A stretch of DNA of 62,256 nucleotides, the filler included, from Dugesia japonica (taxonomy: Eukaryota): NCBI GenBank assembly GCA_001938525.1. It is 6 parts of 6 records of this genome, joined end to end, with 100 filler letters (N's around TTAATTAATTAA, not from the genome) between each part and the next. Parts side by side here need not be neighbours in the genome. Positions count along the whole stretch, not along the records: positions 43,087 to 52,977 come from MQRL01600743.1; positions 53,078 to 62,256 come from MQRL01609014.1; 4 more parts are not named here. The stretch is one strand, 5' to 3'. The notes beneath the pieces are model-generated. The model saw nothing but the letters and a program-made list of their open reading frames with translations, did not search any database and was not told the DNA's origin. Shown piece by piece: positions 47,795-62,192 of the stretch; position 1 is the stretch's first letter; each line of letters begins with the position of its first letter. The position numbers and the translations under genes are program-made.

Positions 47795-50000
47795 GATGAA
47801 AATTTGAAAATTACATTTGTAATATTGAAGAAAAATTGGGAGACAAATTTACAAAGGGAAAGCGATTGAGCCTTAAATACTGTGAAGATTAAAGATGATC
47901 AAATGTTATTGAACATAATTAGAAATAAACAGATGTGATGCAAGACTCATACATCTAAAAAACACAAAATAATCACAATTGGTGAACCAAGCAATGTAAA
48001 ACCGTACAGGCAATCAATGAATTTAGAAGCTAAAATTTAAGAAGCCATACAAAACCAGTTTGAGAATAATATTTTCCAGAATTGCAACTCTCCATGAAAT
48101 ACTCCATTGATCTGTATTTGATAAAAGGTTATAACAATAAAGATTTAAAGAAATTAAATGCAGTAACAAGATACAAGATTTTTCGATGCCTAACGTTGAT
48201 AAAATCCTGGAAAAGTTAAATGGAGCAAAATATTTCAGTTCAGTATATTTAAGAAATGCATACTATCAAGTCAAGCTAAAACAGGAAAAACGGCGTTTTC
48301 AATGCAGCATGGAAAATATTGTTTTAATAGAATGCCATTTTGCACCGTTGTGGAACCAGTTATATGCCAGTAGATGATGGCAAAAGTGGTAGGTAAAATT
48401 AATGCAGTGATGGTATATTTTGATGATATTTGGATATTTACAAACAATAAAGATCAACACTTCGAAGGAATTAACAGAGTTTATATGGAAATAATGAAAA
48501 CTGGTTTATGAATTAATCCGGAAAAGTGAAAATTTCTTTAAATCAAAATAAAATTTCTTTACTACATAATTAGCAGAAATGATTCTATATTTTATTCGTT
48601 TAAAATAGAAGCAATAAGAACATTTGAAATACCTAATTGCGTGAAGAAATTGTGATGTTTCTTAGGAATTTTTAATTATTACAATAAGTTTATAGAAAAC
48701 CATACAAGAAAATTAAGGATCTTAGAAAAGTTGTGTAGCAAACTAAGCAACTAGAAGTTAGAATGGACAGATGAAACAAATTATACTTTCGAGATTCTGA
48801 AAAAAGTACTGACGGCGCCAATAAAGTGTTTTGCGGATATATATAGAGAATTTATATTAGATATGAAAACTAGTTTTGGAGCAGTATTGTAACAGAGAGA
48901 TAAGAAAGAAAGAAAAGCTGCTGTTCCCTATAAATCACACTCAATGAAGCGTCATGAAAAAGGAAATTACATCACCTAAAAGAGTTATTGGATGTTTATT
49001 ATTTCTGCATGCATTTCAAACAAAACTTGTCCGGTAGAAGATTTACTCTTAGAACAGATCATAAAGCTTTAACCTTCATGATAAAGACGACGAAACCAAT
49101 TACGTCAATATTTTAGACATGGATTAATTATCTGAGTATTCCAGACATGATGTTGGAATACAGAAAAGGAATTCAATATGGTAATGCAGATATGTTATCT
49201 AGACCAAGATGTGAAGTATTTTTACAATGTCAAATGTCACATGGAGATGATAAGAAAGAGAAGATTTAAACAAAAGTACTTAACACAATAGAAATATAAA
49301 AAGAGGATCAATTAAAAATTTCTGAAGAAAATGATNTTATCAAGAAAACAAAACTTCCGGTTGACAAAATACATGAAACAATAGTTCGTATCTATTAAAT
49401 TTGTCAAAAGACCAAAATAGTGACAACAGCAACTAAAGAAGAAACATAGAGATTTGATGCTATCAGTTGGTTTGAAGTCATATTCAAAAATATATGTGGG
49501 ACACTGCGGGTAACAAGTGGATGGAAAAAATTTATTAGTTCAGTAAATATCTGATTCATATAGCATTGTTTAGATAAAACGAGGAAACAACACGAAAAGC
49601 TATTTTTGAGAAGTGGATATTTAGATTTGGATGTCCAAGAAAGATAAGACTAGATTGTGGGAAAGCTTTTGAATTCAGAGTTATGAGAGAGTTTGCACAG
49701 AAGCTAAACATTATACTTTGCTTTTCAAATCCTTATCATCACAATGAAAACATACAAATTGAAAGATAGTTTCTGACAATACAAAATTTAATTAACGCTA
49801 GACTTCAGGGAAAATTGGCAACAGATTTGGTAGACTGAAAATATAATGATATAAAACAGAAGACGACTGGAAAGAGACCGCTGAGATCGTATTTGGAAAG
49901 AGAAATAGCAGAAAAGCGTTGTATGAGTCAGATTCTTCAAAGAAAATATTTTAGACTCGACTACTAATAGAAAATTCAAAGTAAGAAAGTAAGGTTCATC
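47795..50000 (+). pseudogene. Gypsy pol (RT-RNaseH-integrase), related to the 4671-6748 element
   Basis: 47805-48025 similar to 6460-6700; GAKYFSSVYLRNAYYQV, VYFDDI, LRTDHKAL, GNADMLSR, LDCGKAFE. Confidence 0.88.
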
Positions 50001-50884
50001 TACAGTACTAACTACATTAGTTGAAACAAAAGCATTTCATCATAGTATTCCATTTTTAACCATGGAATTGTACCCTTTTCGTCATCTTACAGAATTCTTT
50101 AGACAACTTAGTTCTTGAATGATGCTTATTTTTTATTTTGCTTCTCTTAAATGGTTATATTGGTTGATCTTCTCCGTTCCACTTTTAATGTAAGAAGTAT
50201 TCTTTCGTATATAATTAGTGGTTTTGGCTTATTTGTAAAATATATCTGTACTCGCAAGGGTATGGTGAAGGTAGGTAATGCTCACATCACATATCATCAT
50301 ACCCATACATTAGTGATAAAAAACCAATTAATTAATATACAAAATAATAACTACCATGTAGCATAATAGATTTGGAGCATCATCTTCGACTGTTCGGGAG
50401 CATATCCATTTATTCCATTAATGTATATTCATCTAACTCTGGGATATATCTCTTCATTTCAAACCAAGCTACATTTATTTATTACATATTGGAGCATCTT
50501 TGTTCACATAATTCATTCTACTTAGGAGCGTTTATTCTTTTCTCTAATCCAATAGCAATTTCGTCTATATAGTTATGACATTGGATGTCACAAAAACATT
50601 CACTTGGGAAGGATTACTTGTTTACCTTCTTTGAAGCTTTGAATTTGTTTGAAATCTCTTTGCTCAAGATTTTTGTTGATTGATTTTTGTAAAATTTGCC
50701 ACTGTATTTATAGTTACTTTCTTCTTATTGGCTACTTTACATATTTTAGTCTTTCGAGGTCTTTCATTGGCTGAATTTGTCTCTCTATATCATACCACTT
50801 CTTCTTATTGACCAATATTTTGGAATTCCAAAACTTATGAAATTTGATTTTCTATTCTTCTAATCCTTGTAACATTCTCCCTGG

Positions 50885-52977
50885 TTGAGCTACGATTTTA
50901 ATTAATTTTTAATTATGTATTTATTTCAATATTTTTCATTTTTAATAATTTGTTCTAATAATTATAATGTAAAAATCGACATTCCTTATATACCAAACTA
51001 ATACAAATTATTACAAATACAAATACAGAAAAAAACATATTTTTAATAATTATTCTAAGTGATTTAGCACAAATTAATGAAAAGAAAAAAAATTTGTGGG
51101 ATTGTCGTGGAGCCAATGTATACACACAATTAGAACACAAGATTCTTNCATAATGTTTATTTTTNAAAATTCAATTTATAATTACAAAACTGACAATATT
51201 TAAACAAAGTTTATAAATCAATTTATAACTGATATATAACTACTCTCTCTACTAATTTTAAGTTTCAATTTTCTTCAGCCATTCCAATCTTCTGGGTTTA
51301 ATTTTTCCTGCAAAATCTTTAAGCGCCTGGTGTGGGCTTATGAATTTAATTATTATATATGAACCTTCATATCTTAAGCCGTCTTTTTTCAGCTTGTGTG
51401 GATCCACCTTTACCAATACTTCTTCCCCTTTATTGAATTTTCTATATGTTCGTCTGTCAAATTCATATTTGCTTAACTTTCTAGCAGCTTCATGTAAGTT
51501 TCCATCTGCTAATTCCTTCATTTTTTATGATCTGAACTTTCTTGTTGCAGTAATCCATGTAAAACTATCCTTCTTCCAAAAATGATTTCAAAAGGAGATA
51601 ATCCAGATGATTTCTGTTGAGATGCATTCATAGCAAATTGTATTCTTGCTAGTAATTTGTCTGAGCTTGCTTCAGAGCATCCATATTTTATCGTTGCTAC
51701 CATCATATCTCACAAAGTTTTAATGCTTCTCTCTGCTAAGCCATTTGATTGATGTTGATATGGCGATGCTAACTCTTGTTTTATCTCAAATTTATCTGCA
51801 AGGGCTTGCATTAATTTTCCTTCAAATATCTTTCCTCTATCAATTAAAAATGACTTCGGTTTACAACAACGATATATTCATTGCTCTTTTATCGCATCAA
51901 CCACTGATTTTTCATCCTGTTTATTCAATGCTACAAAAGAAACTAACTTACTAAATCTGTTAACCATGACAGGATCATATTTTTTCTTAGTTTGTGCTTC
52001 AGGAAAATGAGCAATATCCATGATAACCTGTTCTAAAGGTACAAACTCTGTTCTTGGGATAAAACACTCTTTTGTTCTACCAGTGTATATCTTTCTCATA
52101 TTGCACACCATACATTTTTTTCATTGGTGTTCTACAATCCGTTTCATATTTGGCCAAAAATAACTTACATTTAAATATTCTGTCTGTTTTTGTCCTCCTA
52201 CGTGACATAAATCAATAAGTTCGGGTATCGATTGCCCTGCAAGTACTATTTTCTTTTTGTTATTTTCATTGATAATTAAAATTTCATTATTCATCTCAAA
52301 TTTATCCATTTTTGAAAAATATTTACTTTTCGTCACTATAGCACTCAGCTTACTTTCACTTTTTCCTTTTTCTATATATTCAATAATTTCTCTTGTAACA
52401 AGATCATTTCTTTGTATTCTTTTGATACGACATTTATCAAAATTGGTTTTATCTAATACATTGATTCTTTAAACGCCAGCTCGTTATCCCTTGGCATCGT
52501 GATGTGACGTCTGACATTGTGAACACCATCTTTTGCCTATTCTTGAAAGTCCATCGGCATTCCCATGTGCTGCTCCTTTTCTGAATTTTAGATCGAAATT
52601 AAATTCTGCTAAATTTTTTATCCATGTTTGGAACTGCGAACTAATAGGTTTACTCTNNNNNNNNNNNNNNNNNNNNNNNNNNNNNNNNNNNNNNNNNNNN
52701 NNNNNNNNNNNNNNNNNNNNNNNNNNNNNNNNNNNNNNNNNNNNNNNNNNNNNNNNNAACTCCTTGCGAGTTACGCAATATCCTTTTTCATGATCATTTA
52801 ATGTGCGAGAATTACTCGTTCTAATCCATCGTTTGTAATTTGTCTGAAAACTCATCCAATTACCCCAAAACTAGCATCCGTATCTAAAATCATTTCACTT
52901 TTATCATTTGGAAAAGCCAAGATAGGAGCATTACATAACTTAATCTTTAATATTTGAAAACTATCCTCACATTCCTT
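50885..52977 (-). mobile_element. Gypsy 3' half: RNaseH-integrase, polypurine tract, probable 3' LTR (~51240-50885)
   Basis: ILDTDASFG, HGNADGLSR, CHVG..YFWP, MVNRFSK, GLSPFEIIFGR, LRYEGSYII; AGTAGAGAGAG PPT after stop at 51258. Confidence 0.85.
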
Positions 52978-53077
52978 NNNNNNNNNNNNNNNNNNNNNNN
53001 NNNNNNNNNNNNNNNNNNNNNTTAATTAATTAANNNNNNNNNNNNNNNNNNNNNNNNNNNNNNNNNNNNNNNNNNNN
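52978..53077. other. Artificial contig spacer
   Basis: N-TTAATTAATTAA-N. Confidence 0.95.

Positions 53078-53143
<66 letters not shown>
53078..53143. repeat. (TTA)n microsatellite
   Basis: Directly visible. Confidence 0.97.
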
Positions 53144-53159
53144 GTTCAAATGTACAAAT

Positions 53160-53760
53160 TCTGAAAGAAGTTCTAGTCAATGATGAGTATGGTGGATTAT
53201 AATGAACCTCTAACTTTTAAGTTTTTGGATACCATTTTTGTTTTGTCAAATTGGTTGACTTTAGAATAAGAAATAATTGATTCATTCAAGTGTAGCTATT
53301 GAGATTTTAGTCAGCACTCTTTAACTATACTATCTTTTTCCATTTCAGCAATCCTTTTAAAAAAACGTTTGTCTAATTGATTATTCAATAGTATTTTACA
53401 AATTTGAAACCGTTTGTTTGCTTCAACTTTTTTCAGCTAATAAAGCTCCATTTTCAGAGCTTTAGAACCTTATACAATTGTGAGAAGGTAGCATTGGTTG
53501 GCTGAGGTTGAATAGCCGAATCTACCTGTCAATTAAATTGTAGAGTAAGAGGTATCAGTTCCCATTTACTCTGTCTTCTTATAATAGAGACGGTCTACTG
53601 GAGCCTGACTTGCGGTTGAGGCTGTGTCATTGGTGATGAACTTGTGTTCTTTAATCTCATTTAAACATTTGATATGCGATAAACGGATGACTTCGGAAGT
53701 AGACACATTTTTGTTTTTAAAAATTTTAAAAATTGCCACTTTTTCATATTTTTCTGTCAT
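53160..53760 (-). pseudogene. Highly decayed mariner-like transposase
   Basis: KRFQICKILLNNQLDKRFFKRI resembles mariner RxxxCxxLLxRxxxxxFLxRIVT. Confidence 0.45.
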
Positions 53761-56464
53761 TTTTGGTGCAAAAACTTTCAAATTAGAACAAATATCAATA
53801 AAAATAAAATTTACTTGCTTATTCTTTAAATTATCCAAATTATTAGGCAATAATTGATAATTAATATAAATTTAAAATAAACTGAATTACCTTTAATTTA
53901 ATTCATTTTAGTAAAAACGCTCATTTTTATCAGACATTTTAATAATTAACGTAAAATGTTAATCTATATTAAAAAATTAATAAAAAATTATTGAGATCTT
54001 ATTCAAAAAATGACCCTAGGGGTTGAATTTAAATATCGGTTTTCTTAGCGTAATTTTTTGATAATGTTTAATTATATTATAATTATATATTCATGAAAAT
54101 AAAAGCTTCGATTAAAATTTGTTTTTTTGGTTTTTTTATAATAATTCTATTTTTTGATTTTGTCTTCGACTGGAATTGACTTTCTAAAAGTTTAAAAATG
54201 TTTTCTTAAAACGTGTAATTTTAGGGTTATTTTTTAACTTGTGTTTTTCAATAGTCAACTTTTAAACGTGTAATTTAAGAGTCTTTTATTGGAATTATGC
54301 ATTTTTGGTGTCATTATTTTAATATGATCCCTTTATTGTTTAATTATCGCATAATTTTGTTATGATAATGATGAAAGATATGTAATCATTATAAATTATA
54401 ACAATGCTTTAGATTTTGTAATTAATTCATTTTAGTTGTTCTCTTTATTTATATTTTTGAAATAATAAGACTAAATTTATTACATAATAATAAATAATAA
54501 ATTTCATGTAAAACAGAGGTGACCAACATTTTAAAATTTGGCTTGCAATGAGACGCACTTCAGATAAAGCCGATGCAAAGCACTAAGCGAATAATTTCAA
54601 CCAATAGATATTAAGACATTAAAATAGATATTAAGATATTATTTATTAATGATTAATTTCTATTGGTAATTGTTATATTATAAACATTATAATGTAATTT
54701 GGAAATAAAATACTATGTGAAAATAATTGGTGTGATATGCAAGATCGATTATTTTTAGAAGATGTACCTAACAATAATCATTGTTAATACATATTTTATA
54801 TTTTGCTTACTTATTTTTTTACTGTATTTACTGTTTAAAATAACTAACTACTCATAAAAGTACTCGCTTAAAAAGTATAATGCTCCAAAATATATTGCGA
54901 TACTTTAATATTTAATATCATTTTCAGTACAAGTTATGCTTTAAATTTTTAGAATTATTTAATTCAATTATTTAAAAAAATCATAAAAATAAGAAAGGAT
55001 TAAAAAAATTCTAATTTAATTAAGTTTGATAAATTTTATCACATTTCTAAATTGGATACCTTTGATGTAGACCATGAGCAGGGTCAAATTTGCATTAAAA
55101 CTTCATGGTTTTAGAAGCCTCACAATTTTGAGGTCTACGNNNNNNNNNNNNNNNNNNNNNNNNNNNNNNNNNNNNNNNNNNNNNNNNNNNNNNNNNNNNN
55201 NNNNNNNNNNNNNNNNNNNNNNNNNNNNNNNNNNNNNNNNTTCTTCTTGACAAAAGGGTTTTATTGAATTCAGCCATTAAAAATTTTCATTTGTCATCTT
55301 CACTAATTGTTCTTTTTGTCTCAATTAAAAACATATATTATTATTGAAAAATTTATTAAAATGAAATTTGAGGTATGTTGATTAATCAATTAACTAATGC
55401 ATTGTTTTATTTTAAAATTAATTATTTTTTATTATATTAGAAAATCGTTTAAGCATTTTTTAAACACATGTGTTATAATTATTTAAAATTTATAATGATG
55501 CCTCATTTCCATTTCGAAACAATTGGTTGAGAAACCCTCAATATTACTGAAATAAAAAGAAAATAAAAGAGTGTTTTTATTGTCATTGAAAACTTGGCTT
55601 AACTACATGATTTAAGGGGCCCCAGTGATTTCGTGGTCTGAGGGTACAAATAGTATACATTCGGCCCTGAATATGAGGATATATATGTACGTATGCTAGA
55701 AAAATAGTCCAAAGACAATTTGATTTTAATAACAAAACTATTAATTTCACACATATTTTATTTAATAAAATTAAAAAATAACTTTATAAAATAAATTAAC
55801 GTAAATAGATTTGATGTTGTATTAAAAATATTTTTTACCAAATCTTATTATTTAATGCTTTCCACAATTAATATATTTCCCCCAATATATTTTAAAACTT
55901 TATTAAAAATATTTTTTTTCTAAAAGATTTATAAAAATTTTCATAAAATTTTACATTTTCAATTTATCCTCAAGAACAATTTCAAGTATTTTTTACATCG
56001 CTTCCCATTTTCTCCTTGTACAAGATATCGTATAACGCAAATTTTCTCAATTACACATAGGTAACATCATATTTATATTGACTTTTATTTATTATTTCTA
56101 ATTTCATGAAAACCTAACCTTTTACTTTAAATTTCTTAATAGCTGATATTTACTACTTCAGTAGCATTAATAAAAATTTTCTGAAGTGTCTATATATTAA
56201 AAAAGAAGAATTTTAGAAATAAATTATATTTTAAATTTAAATTTTTTTATATGTTTTAACTGCTTAATAAACTTCATAGACATTCATTAATTTCATAAAT
56301 TTAAAAATGCTTCTTTTAAATCGCTCTAATATTAACTGAAATAAAAAGTAATATGCATGTTTGTATTTTGATGTTAAATTATTTTTTATATTAATTGACT
56401 TTGTCCACCTTTACAAATTCATTTAAGATTTCAATAATTTAAAAAACTAATATTATGTCTATGA

Positions 56465-56652
56465 GGAAATAATTATTATTTAATAATTTTGAGCCAATAA
56501 AAATTGAGTTAATTATGGATAAAGATTTTTAAGCTACTATTCAATTATCATTTTTCTTATAAAATTTAGAGTTAAAATAGAAAAATAAATAATGTCTAAA
56601 AATGTTAGTTCTGATTTGACTAACCAATTACCAATTGAAGATTTACCTAACA
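56465..56652 (+). mobile_element. Solo/partial LTR of the 4671 Gypsy family
   Basis: Near-identical to 4709-4896; ends GATTTACCTAACA with no PBS following. Confidence 0.88.
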
Positions 56653-58344
56653 ATGTCAAAATTTTAATTACAATTGCAATTTTCATGTAATTATAAACTT
56701 AAATGAGCTTTTTGCTTGAGGTTTGGTAAATTGTTCATAGTATGCTTATTTATAGCACTTTCAATTTTTTAGCAAATAATTAAAATGATCCAACACTTTA
56801 ATTATTGCTAAAATCAAATTGTACCAATTTATGCATGATTTAAAAACTCAAAAAATAATTTTAACTTTTTCAGATAAAAAATATAACATCATTCTTTAAA
56901 CGATTTATTAAGTGCGATCAATTTCAACGGAATAACCGTCATTATCCGTAAATTGCAGAATATTATTTATTTTAAAAACCATTTAACAAAAAGTTCAATT
57001 TATTTTAATTAAAAAAAGCATTTGCAAGTTTAAAAAATTTTAATTTCAAGTAGGTATTCAAATTTGTAAATATTGGAATTTATATTTTATAATTAATTGT
57101 TACTTTTCTAATAATATTTGATTTTTTAATATAAATTTCGACTAAATATTATCTGAATTCATTTTGTTGTGGTATAAGCAATTTTTTTAATGGGAAAATT
57201 AAAACTTTTCAAAAGCATATACAGGATGTATAATGCTACTAGATTGAAAAACAACATATAACTTTTTTTAAATTTTATTTAAGCAATTTTACTTTATATA
57301 AAAATAGGATTTCAAAAGTTGTATTTAAGTGTGAAATTGTTTAAATAAATTAATACCAAAAAAAATTAGGCGCAGTGAATTCAAGTTGGTATAATATTCA
57401 CTAATGAAAAAAGAGTAGTGAAGACTTTAACCGACATATTTACAAAATTTAAAAAGATAATAATAATCTTTAAATTACTTCAATATTTATTTTTAAGCAC
57501 ATTTTATAAATCTTTGATAAGAAATTCAAAAATTTAGTTTTATTTAAATATTTATTATGTGGTTAATAAGAAAAATTTGAGTATTTTAATCTAGTAAACT
57601 TTATAAATGAAAACAAATGTACATATCTCAGCGATAAATTTTGTCTTCTGGTTTTTTCTTAAAAATTCCTGAATTATTCTATTAATTGAATCTGAAATAA
57701 AACGTTTTTCATTGAAATTTTTATATTTTTTCTAAATATTTAAACTCGATTTTATTTAAAATACATTAAAATAAAAGNTTTGGTCGAAATTTGTTTTTTT
57801 TTGGTTTTTGATAATAATTCTATATTTGAACTTTGTCTTTATCAGAAATTGGCTTTTTAATCTTAGAAAATTATATCGATTATTTTGTGAAATTCTTCGA
57901 TTTTATTCAACAGAATTATTCCCTTAACCGCATATAAGTTGGAGCAGCATTAGTAATCAATAAATCATAAATCTGTATTCATATAGTGTAAATGAATTAA
58001 TAATTGCTGTTTTATTCTGAAGTTGAAAACACATGTTTCTTGGATATTTTGTCTATAATATCAGAAATTCATGATAAAAAGATATCTGTCAGTATATGTT
58101 ATTAAGTTTTGACATCGATATTCACCATATGGTTATAATATTCATTTGAACAATTATAATAGTAGAGAATCATGTATTGCTTTCTAGAAATATTTCTTTG
58201 GTTAGTAATTGGTCAAATTACTTTTGAAAATCTATTTTAAACGTGCTTGCTGTGCAATCGGTTGATCATGTGTCCAAAATTGATAACTGAACATCTAATG
58301 AATCTAATTCTTCTTTGATTTGGATGGTTTTAGTTAATTTTGTG

Positions 58345-59750
58345 TGTGAGGATCTTTTATATTTATTATAAATGATTATTAAAACTGTGTGTTGCATAAT
58401 TAATATTTGACAATGAGTTCAAATATTTTGTATGTTGNNNNNNNNNNNNNNNNNNNNNNNNNNNNNNNNNNNNNNNNNNNNNNNNNNTTAATATTTGACA
58501 ATGAGTTCAAATATTTTGTATGTTGTATAACAGGTCAATGTTTGTTTGCTGATTGAGGTATATTGATGGCTCAAATTAAATCTTACATTTTTTAATGAAT
58601 CGCTGCGATAACTTTCCTCTCTTGGAAGCTTTTGGGAATCGATCTTTCATAGTTCTGTCATTATCTGTCATCAAATCATCTGAATGTTCATCGTATGCAG
58701 CAAGATTGTATTGACGATAGTCTCTTTTCATATCCGGAATCTCAGCATTGATGTTTAAAATGTTCAGGTCTGTTACACTGGAAACATTTTACATTTGGAC
58801 AATTAACTCTGAAATTTTCATCTTCTTTGCATGCCCAACATCGTTTAGATCTTTATTGAAAATTATTTTCCGTTCTCTTAAATCCTCTTCCGTCAGAACG
58901 ATTAATGGATGCATTTGAATTAACATATCTTCTGGAATTCGAAAATAGGTTTCTGTTGTTTTCCACTCAATTATTCCTTTTAAATGTGACTGGNCGATTT
59001 GGCTGAAAATNATTGAATTTGACAGTTGCTGCTTCATTTCATTTAACTGCTGCAACATTGACTTCTAGATTAAGCTTCTTCTTAATACTGTCAATTTTTA
59101 AAATAATGTCTTTAAATTCTTTATTTGTTCTTCATCCTCAAATTTTTATTTCTTTTTTAACATTCATATCTTCAACACCGCTTTTGCAAAAGAAAACTGA
59201 CGAGATTTTCCTTTGTCAAGTTATTTCTGATTATATTCTCTGCAAGACGATCAATTTTGTTGAAAGACGAATTTAGAGATTCATTTTCTTTTCGATAATT
59301 TATTGCAGATAATAAGTCAATTGAATCATCCTCGGAGTCATATCTTTTAACAGCATCTGAGGAAAGAAATGCTTTGATTAATGTTCTTTGAACATGACCT
59401 TGAGTGATTGTTAGCTCATAAAATCTTGTTATCTCAATTAAAAAGTCTTCCATACCATCTTCAATATCGAAGGTTTTTTGAAAAGAAACAAACGAATTTT
59501 GAATATGTTCTGGCGCAGTCGCCCTGTTAGAAGTCTGTTTCATTACCATAATATTTATTAATTGACAATCTAAAAAGGAGGAATAAATATATATGTAATT
59601 ATGATTTGAGCAATCAACATACCACAATCAGCAAACAAACATTGATATATTATAGAACATACAAAATATTTAAACTCATTGTCAAATATTAATTATGTAA
59701 AATACCGTTTTATTAATCATTTATAATAAATATAAAATATCCTCATACTG
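58345..59750 (-). mobile_element. Gypsy gag (59548-58590, -) flanked by two same-family LTR segments in inverted orientation
   Basis: 59590-59750 is the reverse complement of 58345-58590; gag FQKTFDIEDGMEDFL..RTLIKAFL; end motif PKASKRGKL like that of the 4671 element (PKGRAPLVEKL). Confidence 0.75.
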
Positions 59751-62186
59751 TGTGTTTTACATAATTTGCAGGTATTTACTGATTATTCTTCCGGCTTACT
59801 AGACTTTTTTATCTAATAAAATTCATGTTAGATGAGTTTTGAGAACTCAGATTATCAACATCAAAATTCAACTCCATAAAATTTATAACAAATTAAAAAC
59901 TATCTTTAACACTATTTGTTTATTCAAATAAATTAAAATCCCGTGTTGTATTGTTGATCATTTTTTAAAATTAGCTTACTTTAATTTATCATTAAACCAA
60001 ATATTTGTTATTTAAATTTTTCATCGAGAATTTAAATCTCTCCTTTAAACAAAATATTTTAAAATATGTCCAGCAATCACAAAAAAATTTTAACTTGCTT
60101 TTCAAAACCACTCACAATTCATATCCTAATATTAGTTAACTATTGTCAGTTACCGTAATTTTTCAGCTTAATATCTAAACTAAATTTTAAAACAAGATAT
60201 CTATTAATTTCAGTATAAATCGGCTAAAATTGATTTCTTACAATTTAGCAATTCTTTCATATACATATGTATCAACAGTCACAGACAATAACTGGACTTG
60301 TAAAAATTGATAATATTGTGTCAAATTTGTACATTATGATTCCTGTCGCGGACTTTACTATTATCATAGTTCGTTTCCCGAACCAGAATTGGTTTGATTG
60401 TTGCTTATTTTTAAATGTACTTAGTTTGTGTAATATGTCGCCTAGTCTCATCAAATTAGTAAAAGATTCGTCGTTTGCTAAAACCAAATGTTTATTAGTG
60501 TTTGCTGAAAATGCTTGTAAGAAGTCAGATCAAATTAATGTATCATTATTTGTATTAAAAATTTTCCTGTTGTAATAAATTCGTTGAAATACTTTTTGAA
60601 AATTATAGAATATTGGACGATTGGATTTCTCAATGACAGAAGTCTTTAAATAAAATTATGCTTCAAGGGAAAACGGGAAATTCGATATTTCAATCTTAGT
60701 TAGATATCTATCGAAAGATTTGCGATTAATTGTAAAAACTTTATTTCATCTGGAGTTTAAAAGACTTATTCCATTTGAACTATTGTTGAATTGTCATAAT
60801 AAACGGAAAATTCGACGGTAACATGTTTGCATTCATCTAAATCATTTCTTACACCCATTATTTGATTATTAAAAATCATAACAAATTTGAATATTTATAT
60901 ATTAATATAAACATAATTNNNNNNNNNNNNNNNNNNNNNNNNNNNNNNNNNNNNNNNNNNNNNNNNNNNNNNNNNNNNNNNNNNNNNNNNNNNNNNNNNN
61001 NNNNNNNNNNNNNNNNNNNNNNNNNNNNNNNNNNNNNNNNNNNNNNNNNNNNNNNNNNGTTACTTATTCAAAATAAAAATTAATATTTTAAAAATAAAAC
61101 AAACAAAAAGAATTATTCTTTGTGTACAAAATTGTTTGAAAGTTTTAATTTATGAACAGTTATCTTTTAAATTATTTATCCATGTGAATATTTATTTAGG
61201 ATAACATGTATCCATATACGTTTTCATTTATTCAAGTATTGTCGTGTGAGCATTTTTGTGAACGCAATCATTCAGTCACCATCATTTACATCTTTAAAAT
61301 GTTAGTAACACTTTGCACTCGACTGCCGACATAAAAGCAACAAATACGGTTTGCTATATCACTTTAGTGTCGTCGTAGTTTGTGTATGTTTATGTACGTT
61401 ATGTATATATCGAAATATATATTTTTTCATAAAAACTACTTTTTTTATATTTAATATCCAATTTTTGTATTTTAATGTAAACATTTTTTTTATTAAAAAC
61501 TCCTTTCCAATTATGTTTTTAAAAAAACTCTCGAGTGTAAAGGGTTTATTTAATTGTTATATTTGGAAAATAAAATTATTTATTGGAAAGAAAATTTCAC
61601 AAATTTAAACTAAAAGTTAAATAATAAGAATTATAAATTTTAAAACAGATTCATAATAATAAATNNNNNNNNNNNNNNNNNNNNNNNNNNNNNNNNNNNN
61701 NNNNNNNNNNNNNNNNNNNNNNNNNNNNNNNNNNNNNNNNNNNNNNNNNNNNNNNNNNNNNNNNNNNNNNNNNNNNNNNNNNNNNNNNNNNNNNNNNNNN
61801 NNNNNNNNGATTATTAATCATTAAACAAACACGAATATTCAAACAAATGGAATGAAATCAAGATCATGCAAATTTGTATTTTCACAAAAATAATATAATG
61901 CACTTCAAAATAGTTCAAGCACAACACAAAACGAAAAGAAATTCACAAAAATGATAATTATTTAGTCAAAAGCTGATCAAAGAAATTCTTTTAGAACGAC
62001 AATAATTACATTTTGTCCGTATAACCATTAGCATATTTTTCTTTCTTTATTGTCTTCTAAAATATTGAAATTATTGCGAAATTTTAAATTTGCAAATAAA
62101 TTAATTTTTCTATTTATGAATAGATTTTGTAATACTTTAACATTTCATATAAAAATCATAAATTACCTGTATTTCAGTTTTTAAAA

Positions 62187-62192
62187 ATTATT

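Noticed and set aside
4709-56652. LTRs at 4709 and 56465 as a giant element's LTR pair
   Set aside because: Separated by five artificial spacers; the 4671 element has its own 3' LTR remnant at 6697
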